Assembly: GCA_004764695.1 (NCBI GenBank)
Contig: SMSO01000005.1
Span: forward strand, 434,001 to 498,000
Direction: 5' to 3'
Origin: Schizochytrium sp. TIO01
Lineage: Eukaryota > Protista > Bigyra: Labyrinthulomycetes
DNA: 64,000 bases
The stretch's first letter is position 1. Every line of letters starts with the position of its first letter. Below are positions 41,029 through 53,400 of the stretch, one piece after another. A program made the position numbers and the translations under genes. The notes under the pieces are model-generated. The model was not told the DNA's origin, did no database searches, and saw only the letters and a program-made list of their open reading frames with translations.

Positions 41029-41712
41029 CGTTGTTTGAAAGGTCGCCTGGTGAGGCTAGCTTAGTCGAAACCTCGACCTCCACCGCAACTCTCCTGCGGA
41101 TTTGACTCTAGAGAATTAGATTTGCACAATTTAATTTGATCACATTTTTTAAGTTCTTTCCATTTTCTTTTATGCCTCAAGGACGCTTCCACTTCAATAC
41201 ACCTAGTACCTACGTAGAATGTCTAGAGCTAGATATTGCGCATTGAAGTTCTGAGTAGCCGGAAACTCTCTGAGAAGATTATTTCACAAAAAGCCTTGGA
41301 AACAGGGTAGGTACTCATAAGTATATCTAGAGCTACAAACAGCCGGGGCGGAAGATATGTTCGTCATTTAAAATGATTCTCATCTCGACGAGGTGTGAAA
41401 AATACAATTGCTGTCAGTAGTAGCAGCGACAGAAGAAGCTGGTTGATGTTGGTGTGTTAACTAGTGAAGATGAAAGCGGAGGGAATTTGTGCCAAAAGAC
41501 GCGTTTTAAAGGTTGATGAGAACTGACATGAATTATTGAAGTAATCTTACTAGGGAGTCAGAGACGTTTCTCTTCTGGAGAATGGAGAAAATAGAAGCAA
41601 ATTGGGCTATAAAATAACTATGATCATACTACTAACTATAGAAACAGAAGGGAAAAGAAGGAGCGACAACAAGGACATTTCTAATCTTGCCGTGGAAAAT
41701 TGGGTTCGCTCC

Positions 41713-43164
41713 TTATTCGAGATTATTTTGCTCAAACCACGTCTTTAAACGTTCGTCATCTCGGTCGAGAGCGAAAACAGGATAACGATGACCCAAATTG
41801 AGCTCAAGCAAGGCTCGCAAGTTGAGAAGCTTACTCGGGGTTGGGGCAAAGGTACCCGAGTTATTGTCGATGATAAGTGCCGGCAACTTTGTACGATGAA
41901 AACGCTCGCTGTGTAAATCAATAAACATTTCACCGGCATAAATCACCTCTTTGCTACAGTTCGCATGTAGTGCATGCTTGGACAGCAAATCTTGTCCTGT
42001 CTTTTTACTTGTTTCTGAAAAATGCATAATACCGTCAGGCATAATTACATACGTATAGCGAACAGAACGACCTTCAACTCTACCATAATCAAGGACTCTA
42101 AAAAGCTCCTCCATTCCTTCTACATGATAAATGTGAAAGTAGCCGCCCTCGCTGTCATTCTTGGAGTAAAGCCAACGATGCTGCATGCGAATGCCTGCGC
42201 GCACCATGGCACAAGAGAGGCCTGGTCCATAGATCCGCTGGCCCTTGCGGTAAGTTTCGCTCCAATTACAAACAGAGTAATCAAAGACAGCATTAACCTC
42301 CCATAAATTAAGTTGGTAGGTATTAAATGTATGAAAATGTGAATGATCAAGGATTGTCCGCAAAAAACCCGCCCTGTGGTTGAAATTAGACACGAGACGT
42401 AGTTTTGGAATCGGAAATGGTTGAATGTTTCGTAACGTGCGGCGAACATCATCGTCCACAGTATCCGGCCATTGGTAGTCCTCATACCAAATTTCTAATA
42501 AAACTACTCCTCCCTTTTTAGGACGATTTGTAAATGTCCCGAAACGAGTAAGTTCATACCAGCCCCGACTCTTGTTGATAGACGTCGCACGTTTGTATAC
42601 TGCTGGCTCTGGCGCACAAGTACCGAGAAGGTCGTCCTTGGTGTAAGTGTCATGGTCAATCACTGACACTAAGAGGCCAGGAGCATCCATTGAATGAGCT
42701 GGAAATTTGGCCTCCCAGTTCAAAACCACCTCGCTTCCAGCCTCTCGATGAACCTTGGAAAAGCTGCAGTTTTCTCCGACCCTTATCATAACGTAAGGGT
42801 CATTTTTGGATACGTGGTCGCGGTCAACAAGTTCTCTGGCCTCAATCGCTTTCACACATAGCAACTTTCCAGGTTTATTATTTACGATCGCACCGTCCAG
42901 AGACATTGCCTGTTTAAAGACATTTTTCCCATGCGACTTTCTGTAAGGATTCGGGTTTACCTCATCTAATATTGAGTCTTCTTCGTGTTGCAGCATTTGC
43001 CCGAGGTTCTGCGCTGAGCGCACCTCTAACACGCCATCATTTTCATCCAGGCCCAGCCTACTCTCAGCACTCTGCGTAACGTATTTGATCGGCTGGCGAG
43101 GGCCCTCCGCCTTGAACGCATCCGACGGCACGCCCCCAGCGAGCCCAGGTCTCGCAGGCTCCAT
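41713..43164 (-). CDS. C2-domain protein with conserved uncharacterised C-terminal domain
   Basis: C2 motifs (LCVKAIEARELVDRD..SKNDPYV, VIDHDTYTKDDLLG). C-terminal motifs YTYVI, FSETS, SKHALHAN, VIYAGE and IDNNSGTFAP. Confidence 0.85.
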   Translation of the reverse strand: MEPARPGLAGGVPSDAFKAEGPRQPIKYVTQSAESRLGLDENDGVLEVRSAQNLGQMLQHEEDSILDEVNPNPYRKSHGKNVFKQAMSLDGAIVNNKPGKLLCVKAIEARELVDRDHVSKNDPYVMIRVGENCSFSKVHREAGSEVVLNWEAKFPAHSMDAPGLLVSVIDHDTYTKDDLLGTCAPEPAVYKRATSINKSRGWYELTRFGTFTNRPKKGGVVLLEIWYEDYQWPDTVDDDVRRTLRNIQPFPIPKLRLVSNFNHRAGFLRTILDHSHFHTFNTYQLNLWEVNAVFDYSVCNWSETYRKGQRIYGPGLSCAMVRAGIRMQHRWLYSKNDSEGGYFHIYHVEGMEELFRVLDYGRVEGRSVRYTYVIMPDGIMHFSETSKKTGQDLLSKHALHANCSKEVIYAGEMFIDLHSERFHRTKLPALIIDNNSGTFAPTPSKLLNLRALLELNLGHRYPVFALDRDDERLKTWFEQNNLE

Positions 43165-44224
43165 CTCTCCTTAAAACTCTAGCGACCTCTTCGTTTCAAG
43201 CTCTAAACTCGCCTCCGTCTACGTACAAGCTCTTCCGGCTCTCAGTGAGCTAGACTAGACTTTTTGCTATCATAGACTATTGAATTACTGGTCCCGAGAT
43301 CTGGGATACGGTGCTCCTCTGTCCCATCATGATTGCGCTGTCTTCTCAACAATTTGAGCTGCTAAAAGTGATTTTTGTGTGTGGGAACTTGAAGGCTGAA
43401 GACAGAAGGTTTGGTGGCTTGCATAAAAGGGAACTCGGATCAGATGAGCTTCTTTTAAAGATTTGGGAAGAGGGAGGACAGAAGTCAGAGCAAGTCAAGC
43501 GACGGGTTTGGAAAAGCCAGAAGAGGCGTTCCCAGGTCTGGCTGCAGAGACACTGCTGGGAAATTGGTGTAGTACATGTAACCTCGGCGATGGTTCTACC
43601 TTAGAGAACCATGGCTCCCTAAGGTAGTGTAGTAGTACTTGGCTGACGATTTGTTCGGGGTAGTTCATGATTTCTATATCATATTATTACGTTTCAGATG
43701 TCTGGGATTCATTAATGAAGATTTCGCAAAGGTAAGCAGGCTAATCCTCATAGTCACAGCTACGAGGAAAGAGATATGATATCAATGTTCGTCTCTTTTA
43801 AAATCAAAGGTTATATTATCGTTGGAAAGGGCATCCCCCATGTGCGAGTGCATACATGCTTATGTAAATTAGGGTGACTCACATTTTGTTCCTGCCGGAA
43901 ACTAAGGTTAGCCACTTCAAGTTTGTCTATTTTTATAATAAAATTAAAGGGAAGAAAAAAAGAAAAGCCTTTGCAAGCCTAAGTGTTTCAGTAGTGTTGT
44001 TATTGTTTAGTTTAGTTTAGTTTTGAAATCCCAAATGACTACTTCCCAAATTAAAATCTTATTTCTTTAATTAAATGTGTGAAGATTGACGCAAGAACTC
44101 AGAATTAAGCCACCGAAGCCGGGGTACGCATAAATGGAGTATACCTGAGGTGCCGTCACAAAAACAAAATGAAAGAAAAAAGTGCGCCTCAGATTATGGA
44201 GTTTCCCCACCTAACTAGTTATTC

Positions 44225-47200
44225 TTAATACGTTGTATACTCCGGCGAAGCAGTTACGACACTATCCTGAGAAACTCCTGGTGGAAGTTCCCACATTGTC
44301 TCTCCTGTTATGGTGTCATAATAATATTGCAATTGATGCTCTTCATCAAAGTGCATCGTGTATCGACCAGGTTGACTCACTTCCGAAGTACTTGCATTTA
44401 CATCCGATACACTTGCAGCTGAAAGTGTCGAGGTACCCAGGGGTTCAACGATATCATGATTTGGACGATTCTGTAGATAGGCAATGCGAACATGTCGAAA
44501 CATGACCCAGGTATCATAGTCAGGGTCATAGATCTGAATGTTGGTTTCGTCTTCTTTAAAATGTAGCCATACATGGTCTGGGTTAAACGAGGCTGCAATG
44601 TACTCATAAAACTCTACACGATGTTTCTGCTTCTTACGATTGTAGCTTGCAACTAATCCTTCACGCCATTTTTGTAATGAAATATCAAGAACTCGTACAA
44701 AATGTCCAACTAAGGATTGCTCGAATTCATCGTCAGCAAACTTATCCCACGAGCGAAGATTTCGGCTAGGCGAGAAGTAAAAGACACGTTGGTTTTCTGG
44801 ATCCCAATGTTCTTGCCAATCGTCATCATCATCGCTCTCTACATATCCGCCGAGCTCACGGATATGCTCGTCTCCTGACGCTGAATCACGGTCAAGTCCA
44901 AGTTGACGAAGATACATTCGGCGTACCACCATGGTCTGCGACTTTTGATGTGCATCATCACTTCGAGATTTAACCATATCTCGAACCATTTGAAACCGAA
45001 GTTTGCGCCATGGAGGTACACGCTTGGATCGTATTAAGCTTTGAATTTGGGTGGCAGCAGCAGTACGACGGAGGTGTTCTTGTCGACGTAATTGGAAAGC
45101 AAGTCGACCCAAGTAGCCTCTACGCATGCGCTGGATATGACATGCTGCTGCACGCAAGCGCTCCTGCTCTAAAGCGTACTCTCGCATGCGATCACGATAG
45201 ATCCGTCGACCAATCATGCCGCGTGCAATCCGCTGAATTGCTGTAGCAGCTCGTAATTGCTTTGCGTACTTGCGCTTAAAGCGTTGTTGCTCACGAAGCA
45301 TGCGTAAATATGCCAAGCGGCGGCGAACGACTGCTTGAATGTGTACACTTGCATATTCCATATCTCGGCTACGTTGCTGCAACTCTTCTCGTCGAGCAGC
45401 ATTAAGAACATTTGAAATACGACATCTCACGACAGCTTGAATACGAACTACTGCTGCACTGTTAGCCTCTTCCCAGCGATCTTCCTTCAATTGAGCAATA
45501 ACTGCAACGACTTCTGGGTTAGCTTCTCTGGTCTTTGCTCCTCTGAACGCAGCTTGTATTTTGACTGCATACTTTGTATTTTTCCTCTCCCAATCAAGCT
45601 GAGCGAGTCGTACTGCTCGTATTAGTCTTGCTGTGTGGCCACGCCAAACTCGTTGGACAAGCAACGCAGCTTGAAGTTGCTGGCGATGAAGCCACATGAG
45701 TACATATGTTGCTCTTCCGAAACAACCCCGAATCCACCGTTGGATGAGAGACGCTGCATTGAATTCTAAAAGCATCCTTGCCTCTCGCTTCAAGCGCAAG
45801 CGCGTTCCGTGCGCGCGAATAAATGCACTAATGCGGCAAGATGCATCATCTTGCACAATCTGTAACTGTGCATCAAGTTTGAGTTGTGCAGCCTTACTTC
45901 GAGGCTTAAACCCAGTGTAGCTTTTGGCTAGCTCTACAAATTGCAAACCTCGGAGCATCTGTTGCAGTCCTTCCTGGGAGATAAGCTCGCAGCCAGTTAC
46001 ATTGAGAATTTGCAAAGCTTTGTTATTACGCACAACAAAGTAAATACCCATTTCAGAAACTTCGATGCAACCAGCAAGGTTAAGGGCCTGTAGCTTTGTC
46101 GCATCCTGGCAGAGAGCTCGTAGCCCCTCGTCGGTGATACGGCTACATCGCGAAAAGTTAACAGACCGTAATTTGATACATGATTGACCCAAAGCTCGCA
46201 GAGCTGCATCCCCAATCTCTAAACACGCAGCTGCATGGAGTACACGAAGATTATGACATCCTAGTGCGAGTCCTTCAAGACCTCGATCTGTAACTTGTAA
46301 GCAGCCGGAGATATTTACATATTGCAAACGCTTACATTGCTGTCCAAGAGCGATTAAGCCTTTGTCGCGGATCCCAGCACAATTCTCTACGCTAATGGAC
46401 TTTAATACTGCGCAAGCACTGCTAGCAGCTCCTGAAACGCCTGCAATCCACATGAGGGCATCTTCTGTCATGACAGGGCAATCTGAAATGTCTAAACTTG
46501 TCAATGATCTGTGCGTACCGACAGCAACTGCGCGTAAAGCTCCATTGGTAAGCTTTTGGCAATTGCGAAATACTAAATGCGTGAGACAGAAAAATCTTGC
46601 TGTGAGCATGGAGACCATTTCATCGTCTAGTGGACTATCGGAAAGGTCAATCTTAAGCAGCCGCTCACCAAAGCCTAAGGCTACAGCCCGCAAGCTAGCC
46701 ACAGAAACACGTTTCCATCCGGATAAATTTAATGATACAACATGAGGGCACATTTGACCAAGCTCCCATAAGAGTTGATCTTTGGCTTTATTAATATATT
46801 TGTGCAAATCAAGCTCAGAAGGGTTCACCTGTTCAGCTCGTAAAGCCTTGTATGCTTCCATAGTTTCTCTCTGACTTAACATTTGAGCTCGTTTCTTTTC
46901 TTTCACTGTCATATAAACCGATTCATTTGCAAGGTTCGTGACCTCTTCACGAACTGAGAACTCTTCACGTTGACTCAACGTGTATCTTCGATCTACACTC
47001 GAGCTCTTTTCCGGAGACAAGTACCCTGATCTCGCGCGTTTTCTTCGTACACGTCTGCCATTCTTACCAGGACTTGAGGAGCCACCACGTGAAGTACTTG
47101 CAAGTGACGTATTATCCCGACCTAGAACCAAGGAATCAAACTCTGAAACTTCGCTTTCATCTAGCACTCCACGGGCTAAATGGATAGCCAGTTCTCGTGA

Positions 47201-47248
47201 CCTACGATCGGTTGGTCGTCGTGCACGCTCGTACGCAGCAAGCTCCAT
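44225..47248 (-). CDS. Cys-containing LRR (FBXL/AMN1-type) + multiple IQ motifs + WW / Tudor-like / WW protein
   Basis: LxxLNLSGCxxITDxGL repeats, many IQxxxRG motifs, WW-like WQEHWDPENQRVFYF...SW and YYYDTITGETMWELP, and a Tudor-like VGHFVRV...WREGLV.SYN....HRVEF. Confidence 0.88.
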   Translation of the reverse strand: MELAAYERARRPTDRRSRELAIHLARGVLDESEVSEFDSLVLGRDNTSLASTSRGGSSSPGKNGRRVRRKRARSGYLSPEKSSSVDRRYTLSQREEFSVREEVTNLANESVYMTVKEKKRAQMLSQRETMEAYKALRAEQVNPSELDLHKYINKAKDQLLWELGQMCPHVVSLNLSGWKRVSVASLRAVALGFGERLLKIDLSDSPLDDEMVSMLTARFFCLTHLVFRNCQKLTNGALRAVAVGTHRSLTSLDISDCPVMTEDALMWIAGVSGAASSACAVLKSISVENCAGIRDKGLIALGQQCKRLQYVNISGCLQVTDRGLEGLALGCHNLRVLHAAACLEIGDAALRALGQSCIKLRSVNFSRCSRITDEGLRALCQDATKLQALNLAGCIEVSEMGIYFVVRNNKALQILNVTGCELISQEGLQQMLRGLQFVELAKSYTGFKPRSKAAQLKLDAQLQIVQDDASCRISAFIRAHGTRLRLKREARMLLEFNAASLIQRWIRGCFGRATYVLMWLHRQQLQAALLVQRVWRGHTARLIRAVRLAQLDWERKNTKYAVKIQAAFRGAKTREANPEVVAVIAQLKEDRWEEANSAAVVRIQAVVRCRISNVLNAARREELQQRSRDMEYASVHIQAVVRRRLAYLRMLREQQRFKRKYAKQLRAATAIQRIARGMIGRRIYRDRMREYALEQERLRAAACHIQRMRRGYLGRLAFQLRRQEHLRRTAAATQIQSLIRSKRVPPWRKLRFQMVRDMVKSRSDDAHQKSQTMVVRRMYLRQLGLDRDSASGDEHIRELGGYVESDDDDDWQEHWDPENQRVFYFSPSRNLRSWDKFADDEFEQSLVGHFVRVLDISLQKWREGLVASYNRKKQKHRVEFYEYIAASFNPDHVWLHFKEDETNIQIYDPDYDTWVMFRHVRIAYLQNRPNHDIVEPLGTSTLSAASVSDVNASTSEVSQPGRYTMHFDEEHQLQYYYDTITGETMWELPPGVSQDSVVTASPEYTTY

Positions 47249-48029
47249 GCTTGCTGCGTTGGACTGCTAAGCCCAAAGATGATGACTACTTTTAGCCGAT
47301 TATTGAGCTCATGTACCTCACGAGGATAGAAACTCACTGTAGGTGCCTGAGTTGTTATTTCATGTGTAATTTATTTCTGCTTAATATATTTATGATAAAG
47401 TTCTTATTAGACACCCTAAGTACACACCTTACGAACGGCTAGCGTTAATTTAAATCATAACTAGATCAATAATAGGCGGGTCCTAAATACCTACTACTAA
47501 TGTATTTACTACAGAAGCATTATTTCTATTTTGCACTGTGAAAGGTGATCGACAATATTGGGATTGGTCAGCAAGACGGCGAGGTTTGCCTGAGTCAATG
47601 CGGCTCAGGAGAAGGGATCAGGTTAAATAACATTTTCCTGAGGTTTTGCAGTAACTTTTCAAGTTCTGTAGTGTTTCTGATTAAAGAAGCATTTACTCTA
47701 TATAAATAAAACCATAGCTATTAGTATGATGATCTCCTTTTCTTCAAAGATAATGGTAACTTTAGATGCTACTTTCATCTTTTCTTTGAAGACCCTTACC
47801 ACCGCTTGGTGACCTTCCGCGGTAAATATTGCGCGATTGTGTGATCAGCTGTTCTTTGAGATTCTTTTGTCACCACACTCCCATAAGCAGTTAGTTTTTG
47901 GAATCTTTATTTAAAAACAAAACAAAAAAACTCTTCAAGTTGTTTGTCTGTTTTATTTTTAAATTATATGTATAAAACCTCCGTCAAAGCTAAGCAGCAT
48001 ATTCTAACTCGTGATGTTGCACGATGCAT

Positions 48030-48440
48030 CTGCAACCCTGGCGCCATCTTCTTTCCATGGTTTCCCTCCATCCCAGTCCACAGGCACCAATCCATTCTCC
48101 TTCGCCAATGTCGCTTCCCAAATGTGTCCGTGCCACTCACTCTTTTCAAAATACTCCGCCACGCTCTCCACCTAAGCCATCCACATTTGTAGGAACGTGC
48201 ACCATCAGTCGAACTAAGCACCCTCTGGCGCCTCCAACAATCCTCACGCAAACTAAACCCCCCAAACCAAGTTGCCCAAGCGTCAACCAAGGTTGTTCTA
48301 TCGCTGCATCGGCGGAATCCAATCCAATTCACCTCCATTATCGATTCTTCATCAAAGCTGTTATCATGATACCAGAGTGACAATCGTGGCTCCTGCAAGC
48401 ACTCCAACGCGAGCTTGAACTTCAACCCGGACTCCAAAGC
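48030..48440 (-). pseudogene. Possible decayed MORN-repeat gene
   Basis: Frame-hopping fragments LWYHDNS, DGARSYKCGW, GKRH/GEGEWIG and WKEDG resemble MORN consensus pieces. Confidence 0.3.
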
Positions 48441-50457
48441 ACTGCCTCCTGCAAGTGCGACGCGAGTCAGTGATTAGATTAGATACCTTCTACTTCATCA
48501 AGATTGCCAGCATGCATTGGCGACGATATTCTTCATCCTGAAGGCACTTCCTTTCGCGTGAGAAACACGAATCAAGTCCATGCGCGAGTCCGTTTCATAC
48601 AAGTCTGTCATGCCCTCATTCCTTCTACTCCCGCCTTAGGCCCCTTCTAGCGACGAGATTGCACTGGTCCCCACCAGCAACCGCTCTCCCAGTGTTGTTC
48701 CCTCCCTTCCCCTCTACGCTTTTTATATCCCCCTCTGCTGCAGGGGGGCTTCAGGTCATACGATTTGAATTTCTCTGCGAAGCTTTCCCTCCTATCCCAC
48801 TGCCACCCCTCCACTGACCGCGCCCCATTCACCTTTTACCTTCCAGTGCCTAGTGACGGTTGCCTCTCACGTCACTGGGAACTTCTCCAGTTTCCTTGAG
48901 AGGACGTTCATAACTGGAGCTCCTCACATAAGAGGGGGCCTCCATTCGCGCCTCCGTCTCCCTGGCTGGCAGGCTCCTATTGGTCCCCTAGCTGGTCCTA
49001 CTCGATACAGAAATAAGCAGCGGAGCGGCAGTTAGGCGGCGGCATCCATATCCCTAACTAATAACAAGCAGCGCCGTGGTCGTTAGGTCGCCCGCGCCGC
49101 CTCGCTTCGCCGCTTCTCCTCGCCGCTTCGCTGCCTCTGTTGCTCGCTGCGCCGAGCCTGCTGCTGGCCGCCCTGTGCTGCCTCGCCGCCGCCTGCTCGC
49201 CTCCCCTCCAGCCTGCTGGCTAGCTCTGCGGCGGCCTCTCGTCTCCTCGGTCTCGAGCTCCACGGTGGTTGTCGGCCATCGTTAGGCCAAACAAAGGCAA
49301 GCTGCCCTGGTAGGAGCTACTTAGCAGGGACTAGCCCCCGGCTAACGACCGCCTCTCGAGGAGTTCGTTAGGCGCACCTCCTACAGTTTGGGGTAGCTGG
49401 TGCTAGTGTCCGCGCCCATAACGACGGATACGCCAGAGCTCCTTAGGACTCCCTATAGCCCTTGTTGCTCCTGGATCCTACTGTTTTGGGTAGTGGGGGG
49501 TAGGAGAGAAGATACTTCACTTCTGCTCAAAATCACTCTTAATTCTTTCTCCGTCTGTTAGAAAGAGCCCCTTTATAAATTGCTATATAAAGGTCCAATA
49601 TCTGAGACATCAAAAGAACAGAGACGAGGGATTCTGGGCCTGCGTGTGCTAGAGTATTGTGTAGTTAAGCTCAGCCGCTGGTGACTTCGCCAAAAAGCGT
49701 GTGGCGGGACTCGCTCGCTTCGATTGAGCTTTGAAGAGGAAAGCAGCCGCCAAAGACGCGACAGCAGCCTCACGAAGCTCTCTCTCCGGTAGGTCTGTTT
49801 TTTCGACCTGCAGCGCTGCTTCATCCAGTCCATCCTCTTGGCTTGCTTGAATTGTTTGCTTGGCGTTCTGCTTGGCGTTCTCTTTCATAGGTGTTCTTTG
49901 TATCTGGGCTATCTTTTATTCGTAGCTAGGGTCCCGTTCTTTCTTTCTGTTAGGATTATAGAAGGAGAGAGAAAGAATAAGAAACAAGAAGTAAGACAAG
50001 ACAGTAAGACAGACCTCGAAGAGGAGGCGCCAACGTTCACGTGAACGTTGGCGAGCTCGCTTTGGGAGACAGGGCGCCTGCGTCTGGCAGGGTAACTCGA
50101 CCGGTCCCACGCATACCGGGATCGTCCCTATCATCAGGTTTCTACCGGTCTTCTAGTTTGCCAAGCATCGCATCGCAGACCGTTGGCTCACCATCAATCA
50201 ACTTGACTTACTCACTAAATCAAATCCATCCATCAGCCTGACTTTCAAGTTTACTACGCTGCACCGCACGTTGTGCTTCGCTCCGTGTTCTCAGAGGATC
50301 GCGGAGCTATTTGGAGGTAGGAGAAGACATTGCGTGGAAAGGGCTAAGTTAGCTAGCTAAGGTGATTGATTTCGGTTGATTGCAATTTATTGATTGTCAG
50401 TTATTCGAAATTTGTGATTGCCAACAGCTTGCTTGGAGATTGAGTGATCTGCCAAAG

Positions 50458-53400
50458 ATGTCGGCGAGCGAGAACAGCAATGGGTGGGAAGCTCGCGAGA
50501 GGCTGAGCAGCTTTGCAGCCATTGCGTCGCAGACACCGCCAATTGAAACAAGCAGCATGAACGCGAGGCTCAGGTCTGACCTCTCACCATTCATGGCGAC
50601 GAACCAGGCTTTCGTGAATTCGCCACTCTTCTCAGAGGGTCAACCAATGTCGCCTCTGTGTATGATTAGACACTCACGCTCACCTGGCACGAGCCTACGC
50701 AGGAACCTCGCAAGATCCAATGCCCTACAAAGCATCACACGCGCAGAGTCATCGTCATCCTCGAATTTAGGTGATGGTAGCGAAGACCTGAAGTCATCAT
50801 CTGCCAACGCAAGGCGGGCTTCCTCAGAGTCTGAAAATGATGCCGACGATGGCAATGCATCTTCGGACCGCCAAGGACGGAAAACCAAAGTCCGGCGCAT
50901 ATCAGGACACGGCGCTAGCGCAAGCTCACAGCCCTCGGGCGCGTCATCCTCCGCAGCGGTGCCAACGGCGAGTGCTGCGACTGCAAATCCCCATGGTACA
51001 CGGGGGTCTATGAAGTCAAAACAACGTGCTAGCGGGAAATCCTCAAGCAAAAATCCATCGGGTGCCACCTATGATATCCCGGCTGCTCCACGAACGACAA
51101 ATGGCCCTCGCACAAAGTCCCTCAAGAACATGGTTACTAACATGGCAGAATCAGGCCGGCGATCCCAAAACCGCGGTCAGTGGACACCTGAGGAAGACAA
51201 ACGCCTTATTGCATTGGTACGTGAGAATGGCGCAAACGGCTGGACGCAGATCGCAGCTGATTTAAATACAGGTCGAAATGGTCGACAGTGCCGTGAGCGA
51301 TGGTCAAACCAGATTAATCCGAATCTTGTGCGAGCCAAGTGGTCTAAGGAAGAGGATGAGGTGATCCTGCGAGCGCATAGCGAGGTAGGTAACCGCTGGG
51401 CAACGATTGCAAAACTTTTGCCGGGTCGCACGGACAACATGGTTAAGAACCGATTCAATGGATCGCTGCTGCCGAAACAAGTTCGCAAAGCGCGCGAGAG
51501 CGGAGAGGAGCCTACAATTTTAAAGAAGTCCAAAGAGCCTGTACCAAGGAACCCTGATCGTAAAAAGAAAATAGAGTTCTCAGACGAAACATTGGCATTG
51601 GCAAACCAGCTTCAGGAAATGGAAAGATCAGCGCCGCTGCTCAAAGCTTCCACTCGTGGCTTGCCACCATCCGGTGGTAGCGGATCAAATTTGAACTCCG
51701 GTTCTCCATCGGCAGATTCTGATGATGGAAATGATGGTCATCTGACACGTACTGCTTCTGGATCATCTGCAGGAGTGTCTTCGATCACCAGTAGCAATGC
51801 TGGAAAGCTTCCCAAATCCGACGCTCCAATTTCAGCTCCCATTCGGAGGCCTGCCGTACCTTCTTGTGTTCCAGGTAGCATGGCGCAACCTACGAGCACC
51901 AGCAAGCCTAAGCCACGAGTTGGAGGCTCTGCCTTCAGTACCGCCTCGATTAACAGCAGCGGGAGGTCAAGCAGTAGCAGCAGCAGCAGTGATCGGTCGG
52001 AAAGTGCAGGTCCTAAGCGAGGAATTAAGCGCCGGCCGACGAAACAGCACTCTGATAGCATGACATCCGACATGGCCTACAACGATGATGTAATGTCAAG
52101 AGTTACCAAGGAGCTCCCAAATACTAGCAGCGCCGCGTACAACCCTGCAAGCTTTTTCTTTGACAGCAGGAGCACTGTGAATGATTTGGAGACCCCTAAG
52201 TCGCCACCTGAACGTTTCTCTGGGCTCTTCAACGCCAGCCCCGGTAGCCTTGCTAATGCAACACCAGGTCAAACGTTTGGACTTGATATGTCAGAGACTT
52301 TTGTTGGCAGTAGTCGTGAGCTCTTCAAGGGCAATAATGATGTTCCTCCGTCTCCCATGATTAATTTCAATTTGTTTGCTTCTCCCGTCATAAAAGTCAG
52401 CGAGAGTCCTGCTCCGACTCAACAGATGCTGCGTGAGAACATAACAAACATGCCAGCCAAGCGTCGTTTGAATTTGCTTTTCGCCGACAACATGGATGCG
52501 ATAGCCGACTCAGATAAGTCTAAACGATTGGTTCCTGGTCAGCAAAGTCCGGCTCCAGACGACCCTTTTTCAAGAAGCTCACTTAGTACCCCACGTGCTA
52601 GCTCGAGTCGTGAATTCGCTTCTACGCCCATGACAGTTTCATCTGATTTTGAGAATGTTTTTCTCAACAGCCTAGCGAAGGGTGGTGACATGGAGGATTT
52701 TATCCACCAACTCGCTCTTAGTTCTGTGAAACGAAGCCCTAATGGACCAGATGCAATGAAGGGTCTTCGTGATCCATCAGGCGTGCGCCGAGCTTTGGAT
52801 GGGTCTTCTCCTGAAGCAACACCTTTGAGTAAGTTTGGAAAAGATACTCCTCAAGAATTGGCAAAATTGCGCTCTCACAAGCTTGATTTACTAAGCTCTC
52901 CTAGTAAAACGGCCATCAGCAGTAACAACACTGGAAACACCTTGAGCCAATTAGCTAATTCCTCATTCCTCAACGGACCTGTGCGCCTTGGAGAATCACG
53001 ATACTCCAAAGTCACATCAACCGGATCTACTAGTGGAAACCCGGGAAACGGGTATGAGGCGGGTTCTCAGGATCAACACTTGAATGCTTTTACCGCTTTG
53101 AAGTCAGAAGACGTCGAGCATCCTTCGAAGAAGCTTCAAGTGCTGGAGCCCGCCGCACAGTCAATTCACTCTCCAAACAATGACGAAGATCATGACGATA
53201 ACAAGATCAACAAAAATCATGATCATGACAACGAAGATCATGATGAGGACGATGAAAAAAAGTCCGATCGCCCCGGTTCAAGCCAACTGACCGATGACGC
53301 CGGGGCCGCTGAAACTTGCTCTCGGTCAAGTGCGTCAAGTCCAGAACCTTTGGACTCTACGCATACAGGCAAGGAAGTTTGGGAGGTCAGCAATGACCTT

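Noticed and set aside
49040-49900. GC-rich low-complexity ORFs upstream of the MYB gene
   Set aside because: Short and motif-free; more likely promoter, UTR or intron sequence.
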